Positions 1 to 8,065 of a stretch of DNA of 64,000 bases are shown here, in pieces (position 1 is the first letter of the stretch; each line of letters opens with the position of its first letter). The translations under genes and the position numbers were made by a program. The notes under the pieces are model-generated. The model ran no database searches. It was not told where the DNA came from and saw only the letters and a program-made list of their open reading frames with translations. The stretch is from an uncultured Cellvibrionales bacterium (lineage in GTDB: Bacteria; Pseudomonadota; Gammaproteobacteria; Pseudomonadales; Porticoccaceae), in contig CAXAJC010000001.1 in assembly GCA_963969005.1 (NCBI GenBank), positions 1,477-65,476 of the forward strand, read 5' to 3'.

Positions 1-1041
1 CAATCAAAACATGACAATGAAGCTTTTGCCGATGGTGTGTTGGGTAATGTGACTGGGTCGACCAAGGATCAGTATCAATATATTGGTTCGATGTTTTGGG
101 ATGATTCCAGCCAGCGTATTTCTGTTCTTGCTGAGCGTGAAGAGGAAGACTATAAGCAGCGTGGTCCTCTGAGTTGGGGCTTGGACCCCAATCAGGATCG
201 TGAGCGTGATACGGATAGCTTTGCTATTGAATATCGCAGTGATATCTCTGATCGCCTCAGTCTGGCACTGAGCAGTCGCTACGACGATAACTCTGAGTTC
301 GATAGCGCCAGTACATATCGAATGGAAGCGGTTTATCAATTAGGTGACGATACCAGATTGCGCAGCGCCTATGGCACAGCGGTCAAGAACCCGACTTTCA
401 CTGAGCGCTTTGGTTTTTACACCAACTTTATTGGTAATCCCGAGCTGAAGCCTGAAGAGTCAACCAGCTGGGAGTTGGGCATTGATCAACAGTTAGGTGA
501 TTTAAGCCTGTCTGCAACGCTGTTTGATGCTGAGTTGGAAAATGAAATTAACGGTTTTGCTTATGATGCGGTGAATATGGGTTATACCGCCACCAATAAA
601 GAGGGTGTTAGCAAGCGTCAGGGTATTGAACTCACAGCCTCAGTGGAAATGGATGAAAGTCTGGCCCTTAGTGCAGCCTATACCTACACCGACTCTGTTC
701 AGCCGGATGGTGCTGGTGGCTATGAGGATGAAGTGCGCCGTGCCCGCCACACAGCCAATCTAAATCTGGCTTGGCAGGCGACGGATCTGCTGCAGCTAAC
801 GACCAATGTCCAGTATAGCGGCAGTCAGAGCGATGAGTTTTTCCCGCCCTGGCCGACGCCTTCAGAGATTGTCACCCTAGATGACTACACCTTGTTAAAT
901 GTAAACGCTAACTTTAGTGCAACAGACAGGTTGGACATTTATCTGCGCCTGGATAACCTGCTGGATGATGACTACGAAGAAGTATTTGGTTATCAGACAT
1001 TGGGTTTTGGTGCCAGCCTGGGTCTGCGCTTTAGCCTCTAA
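1..1041 (+). CDS. btuB: TonB-dependent outer membrane receptor, BtuB-like (5' end lies outside the window)
   Basis: Frame is open from base 1. Amphipathic beta-strands, LFDAELENEI and LRLDNLLDDDYEEVFGY...LGLRFSL C-terminal signature of TonB receptors. Heads an operon containing cobO and btuF. Confidence 0.75.
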   Translation, partial: QSKHDNEAFADGVLGNVTGSTKDQYQYIGSMFWDDSSQRISVLAEREEEDYKQRGPLSWGLDPNQDRERDTDSFAIEYRSDISDRLSLALSSRYDDNSEFDSASTYRMEAVYQLGDDTRLRSAYGTAVKNPTFTERFGFYTNFIGNPELKPEESTSWELGIDQQLGDLSLSATLFDAELENEINGFAYDAVNMGYTATNKEGVSKRQGIELTASVEMDESLALSAAYTYTDSVQPDGAGGYEDEVRRARHTANLNLAWQATDLLQLTTNVQYSGSQSDEFFPPWPTPSEIVTLDDYTLLNVNANFSATDRLDIYLRLDNLLDDDYEEVFGYQTLGFGASLGLRFSL

Positions 1042-1051
1042 GGCAGAGACC

Positions 1052-1750
1052 ATGGCTGGTTCAGTTGATACAGGGAAAAAGCGAGTGTTGCTCTCTTGGA
1101 GCAGTGGCAAAGACTCGGCTTGGACTCTGTATCAACTGCAACAGGATCTAACGGTTGAGGTGGTGGGTTTGCTCACCACCTTCAATAGTCAGTTTAAGCG
1201 TTCGGCCATTCATGGCGTGCGCCAACAGTTGCTGCGCCTTCAGGCACAGGCGGCGGAGCTACCACTGATCGAAATTCCTCTGCCCTGGCCCTGCAGTAAT
1301 GAGCAGTATGAAGCTATTATGGGCAAAGCTGTGGATGATGCCCGGGCTCAGTTGCAGATGGATGCGGTGGCCTTTGGCGATCTGTATCTGGAAGATATCC
1401 GCAACTACCGGGAGCAGCAAATGGCTGGCACTGGTTTGGAGTTGGTCTTTCCCCTGTGGCAGATTCCCACCGACCAGCTGGCACAGCAAATGATTGATGG
1501 CGGCCTGAAGGCGGCTATTACGTGCCTTGACCCCAGGGTTATGCCGGAGCATTTGGCTGGTTATCAGTTTGGCCCTGAACTATTGGAGCAGCTTCCGCAA
1601 TCTGTGGACCCCTGTGGAGAAAATGGTGAATTCCACACCTTCGCCTGGGATGGCCCCATGTTTAAGCAGCCCATTCCAGTGATGGCTGGCGAAGTGGTTA
1701 ATCGGGATGGTTTTGTCTATGCTGATTTGCTGTTGGAGGATAGCCTATGA
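1052..1750 (+). CDS. Dph6/MJ0570-like PP-loop ATP pyrophosphatase (diphthine-ammonia ligase family)
   Basis: SWSSGKDS PP-loop, FGDLYLEDIRNYRE, FPLW and DPCGENGEFHTF motifs. Start placed at ATG 1052, just after the receptor stop. Confidence 0.85.
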   Translation: MAGSVDTGKKRVLLSWSSGKDSAWTLYQLQQDLTVEVVGLLTTFNSQFKRSAIHGVRQQLLRLQAQAAELPLIEIPLPWPCSNEQYEAIMGKAVDDARAQLQMDAVAFGDLYLEDIRNYREQQMAGTGLELVFPLWQIPTDQLAQQMIDGGLKAAITCLDPRVMPEHLAGYQFGPELLEQLPQSVDPCGENGEFHTFAWDGPMFKQPIPVMAGEVVNRDGFVYADLLLEDSL

Positions 1751-2661
1751 AAATAGTCTCATTACTGCCCAGTGCCACCGAATTGGTCTGTGGCCTCGGC
1801 CTGCGCGATCAGTTGGTGGGTGTATCCCATGAATGTGATTACCCAGCTTCTGTGGTTGGCTTGCCGGTGCTCACCAGTTCGCGAATTCCCGAGGGGTTGG
1901 ATAGCGGCGAGATTGATCGACTAGTTACCGATCAGCTAAAAAATGATGAAGCTCTCTATGATCTGGTAATGGAGCCACTGACGCAGTTGCAGCCGGATTT
2001 GATTGTCACCCAGGCCCTGTGTGATGTCTGCGCCGTATCTGGCAATGATGTTGCCAAAGCTATTGGCAGTCTGCCCGGTGACCCCCAGGTGGTAAATCTG
2101 GAACCTATCTGCCTCAACGATGTGCTGGATACTGTCGATATGCTGGCTCAGGCCGCCGACTGTGTGGAGCAGGGTATGCGTTACAGAGCAGAGCTTCAAG
2201 GCAGAATTGATGCTGTTGCCGAACGCTCAAAAACATTGATCGACAGACCCAAAGTGGCGCTGCTGGATTGGCTTGACCCATTGTTTGATGGGGGACACTG
2301 GAGTCCGGAAATTATTGATCTGGCTGGCGGCGAGCCCTGCTTTGGCGCCAAACAGGAACCTTCCCAGCGACGGGAGTGGGAACAGCTGATTGAAGCTCGC
2401 CCGGACTGTATTTTTATTGCCCTGTGCGGCTTTAATGTGGAGCGGTCAATGCAGGATATTGAGGCGTTTTTAGCCACTGACGGGTACGCCGAACTTAAGG
2501 CGGCCTGCAGGCCAAAAATATTTCTGGTGGATGGCAATGCCTACTTTAGCAGGCCCGGCCCAAGGCTCGTGGATGCACTTGAAATCATGGCCCATGCACT
2601 GCATCCCAACACTCATTTATTGCCCGGCGGATTACCCGACGCCATAACAATTATTGAATAA
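1747..2661 (+). CDS. BtuF/TroA-fold cobalamin-binding-like protein, no signal peptide, Cys-rich
   Basis: Starts directly with MKIVSLLPSATELV...LVGVSHECDYP, which aligns with the mature BtuF N-terminus. Also PDLIV and YFSRPGPRL motifs. ATGA overlap with the upstream gene. Confidence 0.8.
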   Translation: MKIVSLLPSATELVCGLGLRDQLVGVSHECDYPASVVGLPVLTSSRIPEGLDSGEIDRLVTDQLKNDEALYDLVMEPLTQLQPDLIVTQALCDVCAVSGNDVAKAIGSLPGDPQVVNLEPICLNDVLDTVDMLAQAADCVEQGMRYRAELQGRIDAVAERSKTLIDRPKVALLDWLDPLFDGGHWSPEIIDLAGGEPCFGAKQEPSQRREWEQLIEARPDCIFIALCGFNVERSMQDIEAFLATDGYAELKAACRPKIFLVDGNAYFSRPGPRLVDALEIMAHALHPNTHLLPGGLPDAITIIE

Positions 2662-2672
2662 GGTTTAGTCCC

Positions 2673-3287
2673 ATGACAGACGACAAGGCGAAAAAAGAAA
2701 GCAGCCACAAAACCAAAATGCAGAAGCTCAAGGAGAATGTGGATTCTTCTATTGCAGCCGCAGATACCGAGCGCGGTGTGATGATTTTGCTGACTGGCAA
2801 TGGCAAGGGCAAATCCAGTTCTGCCTTTGGTATGGTGATGCGCGCTCTGGGTTATGGCTATAAAGTTGGTGTAGTGCAGTTTATTAAAGGCGCTCAGTTA
2901 TCCGGCGAAGAGATGTATGTGCGCGATCATTGCCCCCAGGTGACTTTTCAACAGATGGGCACCGGCTTTACCTGGGATACCCAAGATCGCTCAGGCGACA
3001 TAGCTGCGGCAGAAACCAGCTGGGCTGTGGCAGAGGAAATGCTTAAGGATGAAAGCTATCATCTGGTGGTTCTGGATGAGATTACGTATATGCTTAGCTT
3101 TAAATATCTGGATCAGGATATGATTCTGGATGCCCTTAAAAATCGTCCGGCCAATCAATCGGTGGTCGTTACCGGTCGCGGTGGCGGTTCAGCACTGGCT
3201 GATATGGCCGACACGGTCTCTGAAATTAAAGAAGTGAAGCACGCTTATAATTCTGGCGTGATGGCCCGCAAGGGCGTGGACTATTAA
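2673..3287 (+). CDS. cobO: cob(I)alamin/corrinoid adenosyltransferase
   Basis: TGNGKGKSSSAFG P-loop, VVQFIKG, GTGFTW, LDEI, TGR and KHAY motifs of CobO/BtuR. Confidence 0.95.
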   Translation: MTDDKAKKESSHKTKMQKLKENVDSSIAAADTERGVMILLTGNGKGKSSSAFGMVMRALGYGYKVGVVQFIKGAQLSGEEMYVRDHCPQVTFQQMGTGFTWDTQDRSGDIAAAETSWAVAEEMLKDESYHLVVLDEITYMLSFKYLDQDMILDALKNRPANQSVVVTGRGGGSALADMADTVSEIKEVKHAYNSGVMARKGVDY

Positions 3288-4307
3288 TTGCGGCGTGTCT
3301 CCGCGCAAAGCTTAATCTGGGCGCTGGCAATTCTGTTGCCAGTGGCCGCCCTTGTTTCCATGACCGTGGGCACAGTCAATATTTCTCTGGCCGATACACT
3401 GAGTGCAGTGGTTGGCAATTCTGTTAGTCAGCAAACTGATACCATTCTTTTTGATATTCGCCTGCCGCGAATACTGCTGGCGATTTTTGTCGGTGCTGTT
3501 TTAGCCAGCACGGGCGCCGTTATGCAGGGGTTGTTTCGCAACCCATTGGCGGACCCTTCCCTAATTGGCGTTTCCAGCGGTGCCTCTGTGGGCGCCAGTT
3601 TAATGATCGTCACCGCCGGTGGTTTTATTCAGAGCGGTGCTCTGGTTGGTTTGTCTCTGGTTGCTGTGGGTGCTTTTGTCGGAGGTTTTGCGGCCACATT
3701 GCTGGTTTATCGACTGGCGACTTCAGGAATTGGCACATCAGTTACCACCATGCTGTTGGCCGGGATTGCCATAGGCGCACTGGCCGGTGCCCTTAATAGC
3801 TTGCTTAGCTATTTTTCCGACAATGATATGTTGCGCCAGATAAGTCTGTGGCAAATGGGCAATCTCAGTGGTGCCAGCTGGTTAAAGGTCAGTATTATGG
3901 GGGCAGTGGCGATTTTTTTAATGCTGCTGTTTCCCAGGGAGAGCAAAGCCCTTAATGCATTATTGCTGGGGGAGTCCGAGGCCCGGCATCTGGGTATTGA
4001 TGTGCAGCGGGTTAAGCGTCGCTTGATTATTTTGACAGCGCTGGGGGTGGGTGTTTCTGTGGCTCTGGCTGGTCTGGTCGGCTTTGTTGGTCTGATAATG
4101 CCCCATATAGTGCGCCTGGCTATAGGTCCGGATCACCGCTGGCTGGTACCTGGCTCGGCATTGGCTGGAGCTACATTGCTAGTGATTGCTGATAGCCTGG
4201 CACGTATTGTAGTGATTCCCGCCGAGCTACCCACAGGCATTCTTACCGCTCTTCTAGGTGCCCCATTCTTTGTCGCACTGCTGCTAAAGCAGCGCAAGGA
4301 TGTGTAG
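3288..4307 (+). CDS. FecCD-family ABC permease (HmuU/BtuC-like)
   Basis: IRLPRILLAIFVGAVLA, QGLFRNPLADP, EARHLG, GFVGLIMPH and ELPTGILTALLGAPFF motifs. Confidence 0.9.
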   Translation: MRRVSAQSLIWALAILLPVAALVSMTVGTVNISLADTLSAVVGNSVSQQTDTILFDIRLPRILLAIFVGAVLASTGAVMQGLFRNPLADPSLIGVSSGASVGASLMIVTAGGFIQSGALVGLSLVAVGAFVGGFAATLLVYRLATSGIGTSVTTMLLAGIAIGALAGALNSLLSYFSDNDMLRQISLWQMGNLSGASWLKVSIMGAVAIFLMLLFPRESKALNALLLGESEARHLGIDVQRVKRRLIILTALGVGVSVALAGLVGFVGLIMPHIVRLAIGPDHRWLVPGSALAGATLLVIADSLARIVVIPAELPTGILTALLGAPFFVALLLKQRKDV

Positions 4308-4310
4308 CCT

Positions 4311-5084
4311 GTGACTATGCTTGCCGACAATATCTCTCTGCACCTTTCGGGCTTTGATCTGTTGCGCAATATCAGCCTTGAGGTTAAAGCCGGTGCGGTG
4401 ACCGCTATTGTTGGCCCCAATGGTGCTGGCAAGTCAAGCTTGCTTAAAGTACTGACTGGAGAGATAGCGCCGACCAAGGGCGATGTGTATCTCAACCAGC
4501 GGGAGCTATCCCATTGGCCGCTACTACATCGGGCAAAGATGCTCGCGGTGCTGCCCCAGCACACATTGCTCAATTTTCCTTTTACTGCCGATGAAGTGGT
4601 GGGTCTGGGTCGCATCCCCCACCAGACTGGCGTGATTAAAGATAATGAAATTATTGCCCAGGCGTTGGACCTGGTGGATGCCAGCTACCTGCAAAAGCGT
4701 TTTTATACCCAGATGTCCGGGGGCGAAAAACAGCGAGTGCAGTTAGCCCGAGTGCTGGCGCAGATTTGGCAGCCCAGTGATTATGGTGAGCAGTTTCTGG
4801 TGCTAGACGAGCCCACCTCAGCCTTTGATCTATCACACCAGCAGCTGACTCTGGAGATTGTTCGTCAGCTGGCAGAGAGGGGTGTTGGTGTACTCATGGT
4901 GGTCCATGACCTTAATCTGGCGGCCCGCTGCGCGGATAATTTGGTGGTCTTTAATGGTGGTGCTATCGCCGCTCAGGGCAAGCCAATCGATATTCTTAGT
5001 GAGCAGCTAATCGACAAGGTATTTGGTGTGAAGTCTATTATTTCCCAACATCCTGTAACCAAACGACCACTGGTGATTACCTGA
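4311..5084 (+). CDS. ABC ATP-binding protein (HmuV/BtuD-like)
   Basis: Walker A GPNGAGKS, MSGGEKQRVQLARVLAQIW and LDEPTS; resembles HmuV. Confidence 0.9.
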   Translation: MTMLADNISLHLSGFDLLRNISLEVKAGAVTAIVGPNGAGKSSLLKVLTGEIAPTKGDVYLNQRELSHWPLLHRAKMLAVLPQHTLLNFPFTADEVVGLGRIPHQTGVIKDNEIIAQALDLVDASYLQKRFYTQMSGGEKQRVQLARVLAQIWQPSDYGEQFLVLDEPTSAFDLSHQQLTLEIVRQLAERGVGVLMVVHDLNLAARCADNLVVFNGGAIAAQGKPIDILSEQLIDKVFGVKSIISQHPVTKRPLVIT

Positions 5085-5956
5085 TGCGCCTGCTCAGTAT
5101 TTTGATGGCCTGGTGTTCCCTCTCGGTAATGGCCGACGTCAGGGTAGTGGACGACAATGATGATGAGGTGAGGCTGGCAGCACCTGCCCAGCGGATTATC
5201 AGTCTGGCTCCCAATATTACTGAAGTATTGTTTCATATTGGTGCTGGGGAGCTGATTGTGGGTGCCGATGAATATAGTAATTACCCGGAGGCGGCAAAGC
5301 AGATACTGCGGGTAAACAACCATGCGGCTGCCAACTATGAGTTGATTCTCTCCCTCAAGCCAGATTTGGTGATAGCCTGGCAGTCGGGCAATGGCGATAA
5401 GATTATTAGTCCGCTGCGCAAACTGGGTATTCCTGTTTTTGTGGTGGAGACCCGTGAAATTGAGCGTATCCCCAATCTGTTTCGGCGCTTTGGCCAACTC
5501 AGTGGTAACAATGAGCTTGCCCAGCAGCGCATAGAGGAGTTTACCCAGCGTTTGCAGCTGTTGGGAGATGCCCAGATAGGCAAGTCTGTGGTCAGGACTT
5601 TTTATCAAATTTGGGATCAGCCACTGATTACTTTAAATGGCAAGCATATGGTCAGTGATGTGATTGAACTTTGCGGCGGGGTTAATGTTTTTGCCGACGC
5701 GGCGCCTCTGGTGCCTTATGTGAATATTGAATCTATAGTGGCAGCAGATCCCCAGGTGATTATTGCCGGAGGCAGTCAGGACGAGCAATCCAGCTGGTTT
5801 AGCAGTTGGCAAAAGTGGGATGGCATTTCCGCGGTGCAGCATAAGCAGATCTACCTGATTCCCGCAGACCTGATGCAGCGCCACTCAGTGCGTATTCTGG
5901 ATGGCGCCCAAATGATGTGTGATTATCTGGATAACGCCAGAATAGCAATAGACTAA
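5084..5956 (+). CDS. btuF: periplasmic cobalamin-binding protein
   Basis: Sec signal peptide, RIISLAPNITEVLFHIGAG, YSNYP, LKPDLVIAW and MQRHSVRILDG. TGATG overlap with the ATPase gene. Confidence 0.85.
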   Translation: MRLLSILMAWCSLSVMADVRVVDDNDDEVRLAAPAQRIISLAPNITEVLFHIGAGELIVGADEYSNYPEAAKQILRVNNHAAANYELILSLKPDLVIAWQSGNGDKIISPLRKLGIPVFVVETREIERIPNLFRRFGQLSGNNELAQQRIEEFTQRLQLLGDAQIGKSVVRTFYQIWDQPLITLNGKHMVSDVIELCGGVNVFADAAPLVPYVNIESIVAADPQVIIAGGSQDEQSSWFSSWQKWDGISAVQHKQIYLIPADLMQRHSVRILDGAQMMCDYLDNARIAID

Positions 5957-6047
5957 GCCAGACCGTGCTAACCTACCAAGCCGCTAACCTCCCGGCCATA
6001 TCCGCAGCCGCTCCTGTAATTCCCGTGACAAAAGCCTCAGACATAAA

Positions 6048-6074
6048 AAAGCCGCTAACAGTGTTAGCGGCTTT
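6048..6074. terminator. bidirectional intrinsic terminator between the btu operon and amtB
   Basis: Perfect inverted repeat AAAGCCGCTAAC-agt-GTTAGCGGCTTT with an A-tract before and a T-tract after, between convergent genes. Confidence 0.8.
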
Positions 6075-6157
6075 AAGTGTCCCTTTTTTTCACTCTGTCA
6101 CATCTAAGTACAACAGTAGCGTTCGGACGATTTTATTTTATTCCCCTAGTTTTCTTA

Positions 6158-7468
6158 TTATAGGTCATACCCCCTCTCATCATGCTCAGTGAGATCTAGA
6201 CCTCTGGTCTCGTCTTCTTCGTCGACACGTAATACTAACAGTTTATCGACAAGTTTCAACAGTATAAATGTCGCTATACCTGTATAGACGAACGTAGAGG
6301 CAATACCCACAATCTGAACATAGGTCTGAGAGGCCATGGTCATACCTTCGTTGTAACCCTGCCCGCTGAATACGCCCAGCGCATCGGAAGCAAAAACACC
6401 AGCAAGGAATGTACCCAACATACCACCAACGCCGTGCACGGGAAATACATCTAGGGAGTCATCAATTTTAAAGCGCTGTTTGATTGCCTGAGTGGCGTAA
6501 TAGCAGATAACACCGGCACTAAAGCCAATAACCAGTGCGCCGCCAGGGCCCACAAAACCAGAGGCTGGGGTAATAGTACCCAGTCCGGCAACCATACCAG
6601 TCACAATTCCCAGTACAGAAGGCTTACCGTGCTTCAGCCATTCCATCATCATCCAGGCTAGGGATCCGGATGCAGCTGAGATATGAGTCACTAGCATAGC
6701 CATACCTGCGTCACCGTTAGCAGCCAGTGCTGAACCGGCATTAAATCCAAACCAGCCAACCCAGAGCATACCAGCACCGGTGATGGTCATGGTCATATTG
6801 TGGGGAGGCATTGCCTGTTTGGCGAAACCTTTACGGTTGCCCAGAACCAGTGCTGCAACCAGGGCGCCAACACCAGCGGTAATATGTACAACGGTACCAC
6901 CGGCAAAATCCAGCAGACCCATGCTGCCAAGCCAGCCACCACCCCAAACCCAGTGGGTAATAGGTGCGTAGACAACAATCAACCACAGGGCACTGAACAG
7001 CAGCATGGCGCTAAAGCGCATACGCTCGGCAAAGGCACCGACAATCAGGGCTGGGGTAATAACAGCAAATGTCATCTGGAACATGGCAAATACAGACTCG
7101 GGAATGTCACCGGCCATTGAGTCTTCAGCAATATTACCCATCAGCAGGTTATCAAGATTGCCGATCCAGGCATTCATGGAGCCGCCGTCGCCAAAGGCGA
7201 GGCTGTAACCAAAGGCAAACCAGATCAATGAGGCCATGCAGGTAATGGCAAAGCACTGCATTAAAACCGAGAGTACATTTTTAGCGCGAACCAGGCCGCC
7301 GTAAAACAGTGACAGACCGGGAATGGTCATAAACAACACCAGCGCGGTTGATGTTAAAATCCATGCAGTGTTGGCGCCATTTAATTCGTCGGCAAACGCC
7401 TGAGTCGATAGCGCGGTTAAAATAATCGCAAGAACACCGCGATTGAGGTATTTGTTATTGGTTAGCAT
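6158..7468 (-). CDS. amtB: ammonium transporter
   Basis: GLSLFYGG, FQMTFA, DFAGGTVVH, GWFGFNAGS and DDSLDVFPVHG, with both pore histidines present. Cleavable signal peptide. Confidence 0.97.
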   Translation of the reverse strand: MLTNNKYLNRGVLAIILTALSTQAFADELNGANTAWILTSTALVLFMTIPGLSLFYGGLVRAKNVLSVLMQCFAITCMASLIWFAFGYSLAFGDGGSMNAWIGNLDNLLMGNIAEDSMAGDIPESVFAMFQMTFAVITPALIVGAFAERMRFSAMLLFSALWLIVVYAPITHWVWGGGWLGSMGLLDFAGGTVVHITAGVGALVAALVLGNRKGFAKQAMPPHNMTMTITGAGMLWVGWFGFNAGSALAANGDAGMAMLVTHISAASGSLAWMMMEWLKHGKPSVLGIVTGMVAGLGTITPASGFVGPGGALVIGFSAGVICYYATQAIKQRFKIDDSLDVFPVHGVGGMLGTFLAGVFASDALGVFSGQGYNEGMTMASQTYVQIVGIASTFVYTGIATFILLKLVDKLLVLRVDEEDETRGLDLTEHDERGYDL

Positions 7469-7590
7469 TATGTTCCCCTGATAAAAAGCACTAAAAAAGT
7501 GCGTAAAAAATATTCGACTAATTAAAACGCACCATAATCGAACATAAATCCCGCTAAAAAGCTCGAAATGCTGCCTTATAGCAATTGACG

Positions 7591-7606
7591 AGCAATTTTT
7601 GTGCCA
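7591..7606 (-). promoter_or_regulatory. sigma54 (-24/-12) promoter for amtB
   Basis: Minus strand reads TGGCAC-AAAAA-TTGCT, an exact match to TGGCAC-N5-TTGCW, about 120 nt upstream of the amtB start. Confidence 0.85.
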
Positions 7607-7651
7607 TTAAAAACCACCTATGCACTAATTTATTTCATTGGGGGTTTTGCG

Positions 7652-7668
7652 GGCACCATAGAGGTGCT
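7652..7668. promoter_or_regulatory. NtrC-type binding site
   Basis: GGCACC-ATAGA-GGTGCT against consensus TGCACC-N5-GGTGCA. A weaker site TGCACT-AATTT-ATTTCA lies at 7621-7637, 31 bp centre to centre. Confidence 0.65.
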
Positions 7669-7741
7669 TGGAGGCAATGGAATCTGAGACCATCCCACTG
7701 TTTATAGGTTTATTCTCAGGCTATGCACCAAGGAGGAGCCC

Positions 7742-8016
7742 ATGGTGAATCATAGAGAACTAACCGCTGCACTGGCGTTGTTGCGCGAGAAACTACAGAA
7801 CGCTTCAAAAATCAGTAGTGCCGAACGAGACCTGTTGAGCAGTTTGATTACTGATATGACTCAGGGGACGACAGTGATAATCAGCAGGAGGATCCGTCAG
7901 ACCATAGCTTTTGTGAGCTATTGCAGACCAAGGCGTCCAGTTATGATGCCGATCATCCAGAATTGGCCTATCTGATGCGTCAAGTACTGGACATACTGAC
8001 TAAAATGGGGATTTAA
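7742..8016 (+). pseudogene. frameshifted DUF4404-family small protein
   Basis: N-terminal half (RELTAALALLREKL...ERDLLSSLITDM) in one frame and C-terminal half (YDADHPELAYLMRQVLDILTKMGI*) in the -1 frame. One extra base near GGGG 7864-7867 restores a 91-aa ORF. SD AGGAG precedes the start. Confidence 0.7.
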
Positions 8017-8065
8017 TAACCGACTATTTAACGCTGTATCCATAACAAATAGCAGGCGGTCTTTC

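Noticed and set aside
917-1051. N-terminal extension of the Dph6-like ORF in the track; likewise the upstream extensions at 17446-17559, 48173-48226, 58183-58260 and 58213-58329
   Set aside because: They overlap neighbouring genes or promoters, and downstream ATGs match family N-termini, some with a clear SD.
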